Below, piece by piece: positions 48,079-57,878 of a stretch of DNA of 64,000 nucleotides. Below the pieces are notes generated by a model. That model was not told the DNA's origin. It ran no database searches and saw nothing but the letters and a program-made list of their open reading frames with translations. A program made the translations under genes and the position numbers. How positions within the stretch are numbered: position 1 is the stretch's first letter; every line of letters starts with the position of its first letter. The DNA comes from Candidatus Latescibacterota bacterium (GTDB lineage: Bacteria > Latescibacterota > UBA2968 > UBA8231). Where the stretch lies: assembly GCA_965203175.1 (NCBI GenBank), contig OZ241867.1, positions 672,001 to 736,000 on the forward strand, written 5' to 3'.

Positions 48079-50586
48079 TCAGCGGGGGCGCAGGATGGCA
48101 CCGCCTCGCCGGACCACGTCGAAGGCAAACTCCCGATCACCAGCGCGCAGCCGGAACCGGTCACCCTCCTGTACAACCCGAGCCTTCGCCGAGCGGCTGC
48201 AAAAAGCGAGGACGAGAACACCGTCATCCGTACCCGCCACTATACGCGTTGACGCCTCAGCAGCACCCGGCAGAAAGCTGACGAGGCTACCGGCAGCCAG
48301 TCCAGAAGGCGCAAAGGGCACCTCTTCGGTCCGCAGTCGAAGACCCTTTCCAAACACCGTCATCACCTCCACCACGCGCGGCCCAGCACCAAGACGGGCG
48401 CGTGCCTTACTCAGACCCCGCAGGTCCACCGGATTCAGTTTATAAGCCAACTCTCCACCACCCATCTCCGGTCCCAGTCCCTTATCCGGATCCACGGTCA
48501 GCCGCCGACGGCCCAGACAGCGCAGGTCAATAAGAGCTATATCGCAGTCCGCAGAGACACCGGGCGTCTGCACGGCACCGCCGAAGGCGAGGGTGGAGTG
48601 AGGCCACACGTAAAAGGTGCGCGGTTCCTGCCGCGAGGCGAGTCCCTGAGAGTCACGGCCCACCTCGCCGAAGGTAGCCGGATCGTCGATACATTTCGCC
48701 TCGCCATCGACAGCAATCTCCATCCACGGCCTGCCCGCGCGCCGATTGAAGCCACCCCATCCAATCTCAACCTCATGCCAAACTCCAGCGTCCACTCTAC
48801 TCGGTGCACACACGGTAACTTCGTGGCCGTTCTGACTCTGTACGCTGAAGCGCATCCTACCGTCCGTTTCAGCGACGAGAGCAAAGGTATTGACCCTCGT
48901 CCCCCCGATCCCACCGACGCCGTTCCCCGTGTTGAACAACACCCGAGGACCGTCCTCGTGCCCTCGCAATCGGAAGCGCATACGCAGGCGGCCGCCGTTG
49001 GAACAGAACCAAGGCCGGGCCTCGTACTGCAAGGCGTCGCCCCCACTCAGCCGGACGATGCCATCGACGAGCCGGAGACCGCGCGGTCGGCGACGCAGCA
49101 CCACGAGAACAACCGGATGCTCTCCGGTCAACAGCCAGTATTCCTGCTCGGTGCGCCGAGCGGAGACGCGCAACCGCTGCCAATCCTGCGTGCTCTCCAA
49201 ACCGCCCGGCACGGCGACGATCTCGTTCTGGCCGCCCACGCAGGGCAGGCTGCCGCAACTCACCGGCTGGGCCTCGGCCGCACTGATCGCGCGCAGCACG
49301 GGATTGCCCGCCCACTGCACGTGCAAGTTCATAAAGCCGTGGGCCACATCGCCGTCGTACCCACTGACCCAGAGAATCGCCGCGTCGGGTCCGTGGTCGC
49401 TGCGCATTATAGCAGAGCGGTCGCCGCGCGCCGCGAAACGACGTACCAACGGAGCCGGCCGGCGCTGCTTGGCCGCCCGGAAGTCGGGATCGTAAAAGCA
49501 GTAGGCGTAGGGCCCGTAGGAGATCATACACTCCGCGGTCGAGCCTTTGACGCCACCACCGAAGCGATAGATCCGGCCTAGACGCGGGTCGGCGAGAGCG
49601 GCGTCGCGCAGCATCTCGTCGCCAGCCTCTTGGGCCAGCCGCAGGAGCGCGGGAGAGCTGGCGTTGAGCTGGGTGCCGAGTACGTTGGCGTTGGCGGGAT
49701 AGTAGAGCTGGTCGGGAATCTTGCGCGGAGCTGCCCAGTGGGCGCGGAACCAAATCAGCGGCCGCCGCAGCCGGGCCGGAACCTCGCGGCCGAGATCAAT
49801 GCCAGTGACATTGCGCAACGCGTCGGCAAACTGCAGAAGCCAGAGGTTCTCCCAAGGCCAAAAGGAAGGGCCGTCCACTGGCTCGCCAGCGGGGCCGCAG
49901 CCGTGGGGCAAGATGGCGGCGCGGAAGCGATCGATAACCGCCTGCACCCACGCCTCCGCCTTGGGATGTTCGCCCAGCAGGTGCAGAGCAGCCACGCCAA
50001 AGTGCCCGTTGTCCACAACGGCGTGGTGCCCACCTTCCTCCGAGTGGCGTTGCTCCTCCACATCAGGCCACCAGCGCTCCAACTGCCGCACGAGACATGC
50101 GCGGACTTGACGCTTCTCAGTGGCCGTCAACTCCCCGTCCAGCAGATCGAGAGCCAAGGCAAAAGCCTGCATGTAGCGGTTGGCTGTGTAGAAGTGCTCC
50201 TCCACCCGGTCGTCGTGATCCCAATCAGCCGCCGCCCGCAGCCAGATGTGGGCCCGGTCTAGCCAGCGCTGGTCGCCGGTCAACCGCCAAGCAAAGGCGT
50301 AGTTCTCGATCAAAGCCGTAGCCTGCATGGCAGTGTAGAAGGTCAGATAAAGCTGGTGGTACGGGTGAGGACTGTCCGGCCGCCTTGGAATCCGCGGCCA
50401 CGGTCGCTGTCCAGCATACAACTCGCAGTCGTCTAGGAGATTGGCGAGGATGCGCCGACGCACGGGATCAGTCGGCGGCTCAAAGCGGAAGTGGGGATCG
50501 TCGAAGGGCCGCAGCAGCCGGGGCCGCTCGCGGCGGATGACCGGGAGCTGGACCTGCTTTGGGGAGTTGGCCGGACGCACGGACAT
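48079..50586 (-). CDS. Heparinase II/III-like (alpha/alpha toroid) lyase-like protein with LamG-like insertion (835 aa)
   Basis: TGATG overlap at 50586; AFAWRLTGDQRWLDRA..W, G...DGPSFW, LRNVTGIDL; later GVWHEVEIGW..IAVDG (LamG-like). Confidence 0.6.
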   Translation of the reverse strand: MSVRPANSPKQVQLPVIRRERPRLLRPFDDPHFRFEPPTDPVRRRILANLLDDCELYAGQRPWPRIPRRPDSPHPYHQLYLTFYTAMQATALIENYAFAWRLTGDQRWLDRAHIWLRAAADWDHDDRVEEHFYTANRYMQAFALALDLLDGELTATEKRQVRACLVRQLERWWPDVEEQRHSEEGGHHAVVDNGHFGVAALHLLGEHPKAEAWVQAVIDRFRAAILPHGCGPAGEPVDGPSFWPWENLWLLQFADALRNVTGIDLGREVPARLRRPLIWFRAHWAAPRKIPDQLYYPANANVLGTQLNASSPALLRLAQEAGDEMLRDAALADPRLGRIYRFGGGVKGSTAECMISYGPYAYCFYDPDFRAAKQRRPAPLVRRFAARGDRSAIMRSDHGPDAAILWVSGYDGDVAHGFMNLHVQWAGNPVLRAISAAEAQPVSCGSLPCVGGQNEIVAVPGGLESTQDWQRLRVSARRTEQEYWLLTGEHPVVLVVLRRRPRGLRLVDGIVRLSGGDALQYEARPWFCSNGGRLRMRFRLRGHEDGPRVLFNTGNGVGGIGGTRVNTFALVAETDGRMRFSVQSQNGHEVTVCAPSRVDAGVWHEVEIGWGGFNRRAGRPWMEIAVDGEAKCIDDPATFGEVGRDSQGLASRQEPRTFYVWPHSTLAFGGAVQTPGVSADCDIALIDLRCLGRRRLTVDPDKGLGPEMGGGELAYKLNPVDLRGLSKARARLGAGPRVVEVMTVFGKGLRLRTEEVPFAPSGLAAGSLVSFLPGAAEASTRIVAGTDDGVLVLAFCSRSAKARVVQEGDRFRLRAGDREFAFDVVRRGGAILRPR

Positions 50587-51677
50587 CAGAAATGGTCGGG
50601 TTCCCAGAAGATGACCTCGCGGCGGGGAAACCACTCCTCAAGTTGGCGAGCTTCCCCAGCCTCCAGCGAGATCCCTCGGGCGCGGAGGATGGGTTCCAAG
50701 TCGCGGCCAGAGGACTCGCCAAACAGGAGCCGGCATATCAGATCGTCCGGCAGCCCGCGGACCGATTCCGCCGCTTCGGGCACGGCCTTGGCAACCAGCG
50801 CGCCGAGGTCGAAGGGCAGGGCCATCATCGAACTGTCGCCCGTGAGCCCCAGATCGGCGTCAGCGGTAGCGACTAGGGCATCGACAAAAGGGTGGGTGTA
50901 GGGGATCTCGCCGTGGATCTGCGTAACTCCAGCCGCCGCGCACTCATCGAGCAGGTACTGCACGAGGGCATCGAGGGCCGGGCCGCTCTCGTAAGCAACT
51001 TCATACACCTCGGCACCGTCGTCGTCGCCCTCCCAGTTGATATACCCGCTGAGCCCCGCCGGGCCACGAACGACGGCGGTGGGCAGCACGCCCCGCACGC
51101 GGGAGGGGGCGTAGTCCCAGTACGGACGCGGACGCAACAGACTACCGCTGCGGCCAGCATTGTATCGCTGGTAGAGCGCTACCGTCTCCTCCAAGTCGCG
51201 GCTCTCGTCAAACGGCAGCACCTCAAGTGCAGATCGCCCCGGCTGCGGAGGACGACTCAGCCTAGCGTGAAATCCCATGAGTGGCACGCAACTCCATCCG
51301 AGACGCCGGTAAAAGCCCGCCGCGATCATTGTGAACAGCAGACCTAAGTCGTAGCCATCGTCGCGCATGTACTCAGCCGCATGCTCCATGAGCCGCGTCG
51401 CTATGCCGCGTTGCCGGTAGTCGGGATGCGTGGTGACGCCGCCGATGCCGCCCATGCGGACGGGCGTGGCGCCGAGGTGGACCCAGCGGTCCCAGATGCG
51501 CAGCGTCGATACGATGCGGCCTTCGACGACGATGACCGGCGTCTGCGACGGGCACCAAGTCGGGTCGCCTTCCATGTACCCTCGGTAGCGCTCGTAGCCC
51601 TCAGGGTTGTGCACGGCGCAGAGCAGGTCGATGAGTTCGTCGAGTTCCGACTCGCGGATGGGGCGAATGGTTTCCAT
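50586..51677 (-). CDS. GNAT N-acetyltransferase (Eis-like, tandem GNAT)
   Basis: MGGIGGVTTHPDYRQRGIATRLM, FYRRLGW. Confidence 0.88.
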   Translation of the reverse strand: METIRPIRESELDELIDLLCAVHNPEGYERYRGYMEGDPTWCPSQTPVIVVEGRIVSTLRIWDRWVHLGATPVRMGGIGGVTTHPDYRQRGIATRLMEHAAEYMRDDGYDLGLLFTMIAAGFYRRLGWSCVPLMGFHARLSRPPQPGRSALEVLPFDESRDLEETVALYQRYNAGRSGSLLRPRPYWDYAPSRVRGVLPTAVVRGPAGLSGYINWEGDDDGAEVYEVAYESGPALDALVQYLLDECAAAGVTQIHGEIPYTHPFVDALVATADADLGLTGDSSMMALPFDLGALVAKAVPEAAESVRGLPDDLICRLLFGESSGRDLEPILRARGISLEAGEARQLEEWFPRREVIFWEPDHF

Positions 51678-51699
51678 AGTATCCCGATAAACTAATCAA

Positions 51700-52473
51700 T
51701 CAGTTCAGACGCCGCAGCCGAATCATCCGCAGCACCCAATAGGCACCCAAGGCAGCGAACAAATGCTTGCATGTATGACCGCTGATGATTCCCCCAACCG
51801 TGTAGAAGGCCTGGTCAAACACCTCTGCGGCTTTCGCAAGCAAATAAAACAGGCCGGCGATGTAGAGGTCAGACCCACGCGTGTACGGCGACGGCAGCAG
51901 ACGCACCATGAGAGGCACGAACAAAATCGGATAGCCTTGGGCGACGATATAATAACGGAGGTCTCCGGCCCCAGCCTGCTCGGTATAATACCAGTACAAC
52001 ACGCTAAAAACGCCGAACGCAATCAGCGGCAGCAAGGTGATGATGCCAGCGCGCCGGTCCAGGCGCTCGGTGATCGCAGTAGCGAGAAACGCCATAAAGG
52101 CAATGCTCATCGGCAGGCGATCCCACAAGAGCGTTCCGTTGCTAGGGGCCAAGTGATAATAGGCAGAGCCAAGGCCAACCAGCGCGACCGCAAGGAAGAG
52201 GATCTGATACGCCAGCGAATCGGCCGGGCGCACAAACGCCTGCTGCGCGGGATCTGTGGCGAGGCGGAAAACAACACTGAATCCCCACAGCCCTACCAAC
52301 AGAAAGGGCAGATTGGAGATCACGTTCAGGAAATGGGGGATGCCCAACAGGGTGCGCTGATCGGCAAACTGGTGATAGGCGGGGTCTTGCGGAATGGGTG
52401 CCTGCAGGAAAATAATCGCCCAGAAGGTAATCGTCAGATAGGCGAGAATCCGGAGGCGGTAATTGCGTTTCAT
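51700..52473 (-). CDS. Ceramidase-like (alkaline phytoceramidase/CREST) membrane protein
   Basis: QDPAYHQFADQR, NVISNLPF, GSAYYH, WDRLPM, SGHTCKHL. Confidence 0.85.
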   Translation of the reverse strand: MKRNYRLRILAYLTITFWAIIFLQAPIPQDPAYHQFADQRTLLGIPHFLNVISNLPFLLVGLWGFSVVFRLATDPAQQAFVRPADSLAYQILFLAVALVGLGSAYYHLAPSNGTLLWDRLPMSIAFMAFLATAITERLDRRAGIITLLPLIAFGVFSVLYWYYTEQAGAGDLRYYIVAQGYPILFVPLMVRLLPSPYTRGSDLYIAGLFYLLAKAAEVFDQAFYTVGGIISGHTCKHLFAALGAYWVLRMIRLRRLN

Positions 52474-52480
52474 AATCACC

Positions 52481-53029
52481 TCAACATCGGGCTGATTCGT
52501 TTCTACTGCTTTTCCATTCACGCCTCAATATAGCCATGATATAGAAACTCCAATATCCATCGTCGGCCTTTCGGCATTCTCTGAGGTGTCCTTCCTTCAC
52601 AAACCCGACCTTCTCGTAGCAGCGTATGGCACTTGTGTTGAAGTCGAACACGGCTAGCTCAATGCGATGAAGACCAAGCTGACAAAAGCCGATCTCAACG
52701 ATCTTCTCCATCATAACCGTTCCGATGCCCTTCCCTCTGTAAGCAGGGTCGCCGACGAGTACTCGACACACGCGGGCGCTTCCGTTGCGACGGTCAATCG
52801 CCGCTAGCTCAATGTGCCCAATTACCGTCCTATTCTCACTATCCACGGCCTTGTAGATCAGCTTGCTCGGCAAATCGCCCTGAGCGCCCGTCAGATATTC
52901 GCTTAGCCGTTCGCGATTAAGCGGATACTCAAAGTCCGGCCCCGCCCATTGTAAAAGAAAGCCACTGGACGGGATCCAACCAATCAACCTGTCGAAGTCC
53001 GCTTCAGTGAATGGCTCTAGGACTACCAT
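52481..53029 (-). CDS. GNAT acetyltransferase (RimJ/RimL-like)
   Basis: YRGKGIG, LHRIELAVFDFN..AIRCYEKVGF..EG.LR. Confidence 0.9.
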   Translation of the reverse strand: MVVLEPFTEADFDRLIGWIPSSGFLLQWAGPDFEYPLNRERLSEYLTGAQGDLPSKLIYKAVDSENRTVIGHIELAAIDRRNGSARVCRVLVGDPAYRGKGIGTVMMEKIVEIGFCQLGLHRIELAVFDFNTSAIRCYEKVGFVKEGHLRECRKADDGYWSFYIMAILRREWKSSRNESARC

Positions 53030-53054
53030 TTTCTTTTTGTGTCTTGAGACGCGT

Positions 53055-53396
53055 TCATGCTTCCAGATGAGAAAGTTCTGTCAATGCCATTGGTACCGTT
53101 GAGGTCATAAAGGACTCGTCCGTCTCCGTGAAGAGCGGATCCAACTCCTGTCGTCGATACTCTTGAGCCGCAATCGAATCGGCATCCTTAGCGACCAAGC
53201 TCTGCACTTCCTGGTAATGGTCAAAGCTCTGATAAACCCACACAGCGACGATCTGGAGCCCATCGTCTGTTTGGAAACGACCGACGAGACGGGCCCCGTA
53301 CCTCTTCTGAACGGGAAACAGTCTCGTTAAGAAGAAGTCGTTGAACGCTTCCGTCTTGCCGGGGACGACCTGATATCTCCGAATCCTAAACATCAT
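53055..53396 (-). CDS. NIPSNAP family protein
   Basis: IRRYQVVPGK, YGARLVGRF, W.YQS pattern. Confidence 0.75.
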   Translation of the reverse strand: MMFRIRRYQVVPGKTEAFNDFFLTRLFPVQKRYGARLVGRFQTDDGLQIVAVWVYQSFDHYQEVQSLVAKDADSIAAQEYRRQELDPLFTETDESFMTSTVPMALTELSHLEA

Positions 53397-53446
53397 CTCG
53401 ACAAAATCCTCTCCTCTTCATTGCTGTTCCGATACCGAGTGGCGAT

Positions 53447-54022
53447 TCATGCGATTCCATTTTGCGCAGCCATTCGCTCAAATACGCTAGGGGGTTGGCG
53501 GGATTCCCAAGCAGCGACTAGCGTGTTTACATTGGTCTGACACGGCTGCATCGAGTCAATTTCCAGATCGTATGCAGCGAAACTGTGCACCACTTGATAG
53601 TCCGTTCGAGCCTCCCCAACTGTCCGATTCCCTCTTTCGCGCTCCCTGCGCTCAAGCTCGGGAAGCGGACAGTGCACGCCAACAAAGAATACGTCCAAAC
53701 CGGCAAGTAATTTCACCAGATCCCACATCCATATCTCATTTTCAATAATGTGATCGACGATGAGATTGTTGCCCGCCTCAGCTAAAACGGGCAAACACCG
53801 ATGAAACCCATCGAAGACGGCAGGCCTCATAGCGGACCAATCAATTTCACCGCTGCGAACGCGTTCCATCGGCAGGGCGTTAGAATCGCGCAAGTGATCA
53901 AACGAAAAATGCCAGAATGGGATCGGTAGCGTCTGCTGTAGCTGGCGTGCAAGCGTCGACTTCCCCGAACTCGACGCACCGTTGATGAGGATAATCTTCC
54001 CTAGTTCGCGATTGGTGTCCAT
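53447..54022 (-). CDS. Chloramphenicol phosphotransferase (CPT)-like P-loop kinase
   Basis: IILINGASSSGKSTLA, GNNLIVDH, VGVHCPLPELERRERERGNR, YDLEID. Confidence 0.88.
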   Translation of the reverse strand: MDTNRELGKIILINGASSSGKSTLARQLQQTLPIPFWHFSFDHLRDSNALPMERVRSGEIDWSAMRPAVFDGFHRCLPVLAEAGNNLIVDHIIENEIWMWDLVKLLAGLDVFFVGVHCPLPELERRERERGNRTVGEARTDYQVVHSFAAYDLEIDSMQPCQTNVNTLVAAWESRQPPSVFERMAAQNGIA

Positions 54023-54136
54023 TGGACTATCTTGTCCCAACTTCTCTGCTAAACTACCTTAAATCGCCGTAAACGCCAGACCGTGCGGCGCTTTCTCGCC
54101 AGCGAGCCCTCGACAAAGACAAGGTATACTCAGAGG

Positions 54137-55792
54137 ATGCGCATTCAGCTCGATATTTCAATACCCATGCGCGACGGGGTGCGGCTCTACGGAGCCCTGT
54201 ACCGGCCGGACGCAGGGGAGCGCTTCCCCGTGCTGCTGATCCGCTCGCCCTACAGCACTCAGCATCCCCGCTACGTGGAGTGGGCCCGGCGCTTTGTGGC
54301 GGAAGGGTACGCCGTGCTCATGCAGGACAGCCGGGGCCGGTACGAGTCGGAGGACGAATGGCGTCCCTATGTCGACGAGCGAGACGACGGGTACGATACG
54401 CAGCAGTGGATCGGCCAGCAGCCCTGGTGCGACGGCACCATCGGCACCTTTGGAGTGTCCTATCCGGGTTTCACCCAGATCCTGCCGGCACCGCTGCGCA
54501 GCCCTTATGTCAAAGCCCTCGTGCCCATCGCCAACCAAGAGGACAACTACGGCCACATGCGCTACAACGGCGTTTTGCAACTGCAGAACGCCATGAATTT
54601 CATCTGGCTGGGCCAGCGCACCAACCAGAACGCCCCCAGAGATCTAATCGACTGGGATCAGGTCTACCGCCGCCTGCCGCTGTTGACAGCGCTCGACGAC
54701 ATAGGCGAACGGCCCTTCTACCGGGAGATCATTCGCCACCCCTGCTTCGACGAGTTCTGGGCTTCGTACAGCATGAAGGGCCGGTATAGCGAGGTGGAAA
54801 CGCCCGCCTATTTCATCACGGGCTGGTACGACAATTTGCTGCACGAAGGTTTCAAGTGCTTCAAGGGCTGGCGGCAACAAGCCAGGGGGCGGGAAGCCCG
54901 CGAGCAATCGCGCCTCATGGTGGGGCCGTGGACCCATACGCAGATCGGCAGCGACGATCCCTTCGGCGATGTGGACTTTGGACCTGCGGCCCGGGTGGAT
55001 ATGCCGCAGGCGCATTTGCGCTGGTACGATCAGCGCCTCAAGGGCCTAGACAGCGGCATCGACCGGGAGGCGCCGGTGCAGTTGTTCGTCATGGGGGAAA
55101 ATGTTTGGCGGGGCGAAGAGGCGTGGCCCCTAGAGCGGACCCAGTACACCCGCTTCTTTTTGCACAGCGGCGGGCGGGCCAACTCAATGCACGGCGATGG
55201 ACGGCTGAGCCCTCAGGAGCCTGGAGACGAGCCGTGCGACGGCTATACCTACGATCCAGACGATCCAGTGCCCACCCTCGGAGGACAGAGCATGTTCATC
55301 GACAACACCGGACCCAAGGACCGCCGGCCGGTGGAGCAGCGCGACGACGTGCTGATCTACACCACCGAGCCGCTGGCTGCGGACGTGGAAGTTACCGGGC
55401 CGGTGGAACTAGTGCTGCACGCAGCCTCCAGCGCGGTGGAGACCGATTTTACCGCTACCCTAGTCGACGTACACCCCGGGGGCAAGGCCATCCACTTGTG
55501 CGAGGGAATTGTGCGGACCTGCTTCCGCGACTCCTACCAAGACCCCAGCCCCATCGAACCAGATCAGGTGTACGTCTATCGGATCGAGCTGTGGGAGACC
55601 AGCAACCTCTTCCGGGCCGGGCACTGCATCCGGCTGGAGGTCTCCAGCAGCAATTTCCCGCGCTTTGACCGCAGCCTCAACACCGGCCATCCGCACGGTT
55701 TGGACGACGAGATGCAAGTGGCCCAGCAGCGGATCTACCACGACCGAGCCCATCCCTCCCACCTGATCCTGCCGGTGATACCGCGCCCATGA
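54137..55792 (+). CDS. CocE/NonD family hydrolase
   Basis: IPMRDGVRL, RSPY, QDSRGRYES, GVSYPG, GWYD, GPWTH, SSSNFPRFDR. Confidence 0.92.
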   Translation: MRIQLDISIPMRDGVRLYGALYRPDAGERFPVLLIRSPYSTQHPRYVEWARRFVAEGYAVLMQDSRGRYESEDEWRPYVDERDDGYDTQQWIGQQPWCDGTIGTFGVSYPGFTQILPAPLRSPYVKALVPIANQEDNYGHMRYNGVLQLQNAMNFIWLGQRTNQNAPRDLIDWDQVYRRLPLLTALDDIGERPFYREIIRHPCFDEFWASYSMKGRYSEVETPAYFITGWYDNLLHEGFKCFKGWRQQARGREAREQSRLMVGPWTHTQIGSDDPFGDVDFGPAARVDMPQAHLRWYDQRLKGLDSGIDREAPVQLFVMGENVWRGEEAWPLERTQYTRFFLHSGGRANSMHGDGRLSPQEPGDEPCDGYTYDPDDPVPTLGGQSMFIDNTGPKDRRPVEQRDDVLIYTTEPLAADVEVTGPVELVLHAASSAVETDFTATLVDVHPGGKAIHLCEGIVRTCFRDSYQDPSPIEPDQVYVYRIELWETSNLFRAGHCIRLEVSSSNFPRFDRSLNTGHPHGLDDEMQVAQQRIYHDRAHPSHLILPVIPRP

Positions 55793-57864
55793 TCCGCATT
55801 GGCGCCGATGTGGGAGGCACTTTCACCGACGTGGTGACCCTCGACGATCAGGGCGGCATCTGGACCCACAAAGTGCCGTCGACCCCACCCCATTTCGAGC
55901 GCGCCGTGCTGGCTGCCCTCGACCAGCTCACACCCCACTTCAGCGCTGCGGACCGGACCGTATCCGAAGTGGCACACGGCACCACTGTGGCCACCAACGC
56001 GGTACTCGAACACCGGGGCGCGCGCACGGCCCTAATCACCACCCGGGGTTTTCGCGATGTGCTGGAGCTGCGCCGCGTCCGGGCCCCTCAGCTCTACGAT
56101 TTGTTCTTCGACAAACCCCGACCCCTAGTCGAGCGCCGCCTGCGCCTCGAAGTGGACGAGCGGGTGGCGGCCGACGGCGAGGTCCTGGTCTCCCTCGAAG
56201 AGCGAGAACTCGAGCGGCTCGGCGAGCGGCTCGAAGCCGAAGGGGTAGAAGCAGTAGCCGTATGCCTACTGCACGCGTACGCCTTTCCACAGCACGAACT
56301 CCGCCTGGGACAGTATTTGCGCGAGCGCTTGCCTGAGGTACCAGTGTCGCTGTCGTCAGAAGTGCTGCCCGAGCGCCGCGAGTACGAGCGCAGCGCCACC
56401 ACCGCGGTCAACGCCTATGTCCAGCCCGTGGTGCAGCGCTATCTGGGTGCCCTGCGCCACGGGCTGGAGCAGCGCGGCGTGGACGCGCCGCTGCTGATCA
56501 TGCAGTCAACCGGCGGGCTAGCCCCAGACTGGGAGGCGGCCCGCCGGCCGGTCTTTGCCCTCGAATCGGGTCCCGCAGCCGGGGTCCTCGGTGCCAGTTT
56601 CGCCGCCGGGCAACTGGGATTGGACCAAGTCATCACCCTAGATATGGGCGGCACCACGGCCAAGGCGGCTATGATCGAAGAGGGCCGCATCGCCCACAGT
56701 CCCGAGTACGAGGTGGGTGCCTCGCTGTCCGCGGGCAACCGGCTCATCGGCGGCGGGGGCGAGTTGATCCGGGCACCCAGCATCGATATCGCCGAAGTGG
56801 GGGCAGGAGGTGGTAGCATCGCCTTTTTGGACCAGGCCGGCGGTTTGCGGGTGGGGCCGCGCAGCGCCGGGGCCGTGCCGGGGCCGGCCTGCTATCAGCG
56901 AGGAGGGATCGAGCCGACGCTCACCGACGCCAATGTGGTGCTGGGCTATATCCGCCCCGGGGACCTGGCCGACGGCGAGGTATCGATCGACGTGGAGGCT
57001 GCGCAGCAGGCGGTGCACGACCGCATTGCCGCGCCCCTCGGACTAGATTTGCTGCAGGCGGCCGAAGGCATCCACCGCATTGCCAATGCCCGCACCATGC
57101 GGGCCCTGCGGGCCGTGTCCACCGAGCGGGGGCGGGACCCGCGCGACTTCGCTCTGATGGCTTTTGGCGGGTCCGGGCCCATCCACGCCGCGGGCCTAGC
57201 TCAGGACCTAGCCATTGGCCAGGTCGTGGTGCCGCCGCTGCCGGGTCTGTTCAGCGCCCTCGGGCTTTTGTGTTCCGGGGTGGAGCACCACGATGTGCGC
57301 AGTTGCCTGCTGGGGGGAGAGGATCTTCAAGCCCCGGCTCTGGAGCAGATCCGGGCCCAGATGCAGGAGCAGCAGTTGGCCCAGTTCGCCGCCGAAGGGT
57401 TCGGGGCCGACCAAGTCGGGCTGCGCTGCAGTGCCGACGTGCGCTTTAGAGGGCAGACCTCGGAGATCGGCATCGACCTAGCCGACGGGCCCATAACCCC
57501 GGAGGGAGTCGCCCGCTTGCACGCCGACTTTGTGCGCGAGCACGAGCGCCTGTACGGGCATCGCTCCGACCCGGACAACCCCGTGGAAGTGGTGGCCGTG
57601 CGCCTAGTCGGCCAGGCCGGAGTGCGCGGTCTGGGCCATGGCCTGGAAACAGCGGTCCAGTCTGTTGCGGGCGAGGGCAGTCGGACGGCCTATTTCGCTG
57701 GCGAGACCTTGGCCGTCCCCCTAGTCGACCGCCGGGACCTCGACCAAGGAGCCGAGGGGCCCCTGCTCATCGACGAGCTCGATTCCACCATTGTAGTGCC
57801 GCCGAATATGCGCGCCCGGCTGCACCCTCTGGGCCACCTCCTCATCGAAGTGCGCTCCAGCTAG
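55789..57864 (+). CDS. hyuA: Hydantoinase A/oxoprolinase family, ATP-binding subunit
   Basis: DVGGTFTD, HGTTVATNA, ESGPAAG, DMGGTT, GAGGGSIA, AFGGSGP. Confidence 0.92.
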   Translation: MIRIGADVGGTFTDVVTLDDQGGIWTHKVPSTPPHFERAVLAALDQLTPHFSAADRTVSEVAHGTTVATNAVLEHRGARTALITTRGFRDVLELRRVRAPQLYDLFFDKPRPLVERRLRLEVDERVAADGEVLVSLEERELERLGERLEAEGVEAVAVCLLHAYAFPQHELRLGQYLRERLPEVPVSLSSEVLPERREYERSATTAVNAYVQPVVQRYLGALRHGLEQRGVDAPLLIMQSTGGLAPDWEAARRPVFALESGPAAGVLGASFAAGQLGLDQVITLDMGGTTAKAAMIEEGRIAHSPEYEVGASLSAGNRLIGGGGELIRAPSIDIAEVGAGGGSIAFLDQAGGLRVGPRSAGAVPGPACYQRGGIEPTLTDANVVLGYIRPGDLADGEVSIDVEAAQQAVHDRIAAPLGLDLLQAAEGIHRIANARTMRALRAVSTERGRDPRDFALMAFGGSGPIHAAGLAQDLAIGQVVVPPLPGLFSALGLLCSGVEHHDVRSCLLGGEDLQAPALEQIRAQMQEQQLAQFAAEGFGADQVGLRCSADVRFRGQTSEIGIDLADGPITPEGVARLHADFVREHERLYGHRSDPDNPVEVVAVRLVGQAGVRGLGHGLETAVQSVAGEGSRTAYFAGETLAVPLVDRRDLDQGAEGPLLIDELDSTIVVPPNMRARLHPLGHLLIEVRSS

Positions 57865-57878
57865 CGAGGAGTAAAGCG

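Noticed and set aside
40020-54022. Calling the APH-like, CPT-like and Eis-like genes antibiotic resistance genes, or the region an aminoglycoside biosynthetic cluster
   Set aside because: Family motifs do not give substrates, and no cyclitol synthase or glycosyltransferase is present.
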